Of a stretch of 52,809 bases of DNA, positions 52,644 to 52,809 are shown piece after piece. The stretch comes from an uncultured Candidatus Berkelbacteria bacterium. Its GTDB lineage: Bacteria; Patescibacteriota; UBA1384; XYA2-FULL-43-10; CAINNR01. Numbering within the stretch: the first letter of the stretch is position 1; each line of letters starts with the position of its first letter. The stretch spans positions 1-52,809 of the forward strand of contig CAINNR010000016.1 in NCBI GenBank assembly GCA_903851235.1, written 5' to 3'. Both the position numbers and the translations under genes were made by a program. The notes below the pieces were generated by a model that was not told where the DNA came from, did not search any database, and was given only the letters and a program-made list of their open reading frames with translations.

Positions 52644-52809
52644 TCACTCATACCTTAACGCATCCAATGGATTAATCTTTGCCGCTCGACGAGATGGGTA
52701 GAGACCTGTTAGAACTCCAACAATAATTGAAAAGAAAAAGATTACGACAACGAATAACCATGGGGGTTGGAAGACCATCAGTTTATCACCACCGGCTCTG
52801 ACTGCCAGC
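52644..52809 (-). CDS. MacB/FtsX-type ABC transporter permease, C-terminal fragment (gene runs off the window)
   Basis: Manual translation ...SIIVGVLTGLYPSRRAAKINPLDALRYE*. Confidence 0.85.
   Translation of the reverse strand, partial: LAVRAGGDKLMVFQPPWLFVVVIFFFSIIVGVLTGLYPSRRAAKINPLDALRYE

Noticed and set aside
1-52809. Complete DGR, retron or CRISPR system
   Set aside because: No reverse transcriptase motif, A-rich template repeat, cas gene or regularly spaced repeat array was found by eye.

Overview
Bacterial chromosomal segment. Gene style, many near-leaderless genes, short repeats inside coding regions and cohesin/dockerin surface proteins suggest a Patescibacteria/CPR organism (inference). 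From 1 to 7 kb it is accessory: an IS30 element inserted between a strong promoter and a GC-rich gene whose C-terminus resembles a DGR-type C-type-lectin variable region, then orphan genes and a tandem pair of self-contained paralogous cassettes. From 7 to 14.7 kb: a G5/transglycosylase gene, pcrA, a ~460-nt structured non-coding transcript candidate, and a TPR / dockerin-enzyme / cohesin-anchor / HNH-lipoprotein surface locus. From 14.8 to 50.7 kb: a large cell-surface glycan locus with four GT-C-type membrane transferases, GT2 and GT4 enzymes, acetyl- and methyltransferases, a GHMP kinase, an intein-containing B12 radical SAM enzyme, a GT2::UDP-xylose-synthase fusion, Wzx and rmlACBD. Small cargo modules interrupt this locus (AbiE, RHH-PIN, hicAB, ftsH and a deleted cassette). 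Two patterns stand out. (1) Four cargo sites are bracketed by 33-127 bp direct repeats of host gene ends or terminators, with no recombinase in the window. (2) A small repeat/hairpin element is inserted in frame in both PcrA and RmlD and encodes IEQPVST in both. No rRNA, tRNA, CRISPR array or reverse transcriptase was seen. All family calls come from motif recognition by eye; no database was searched.
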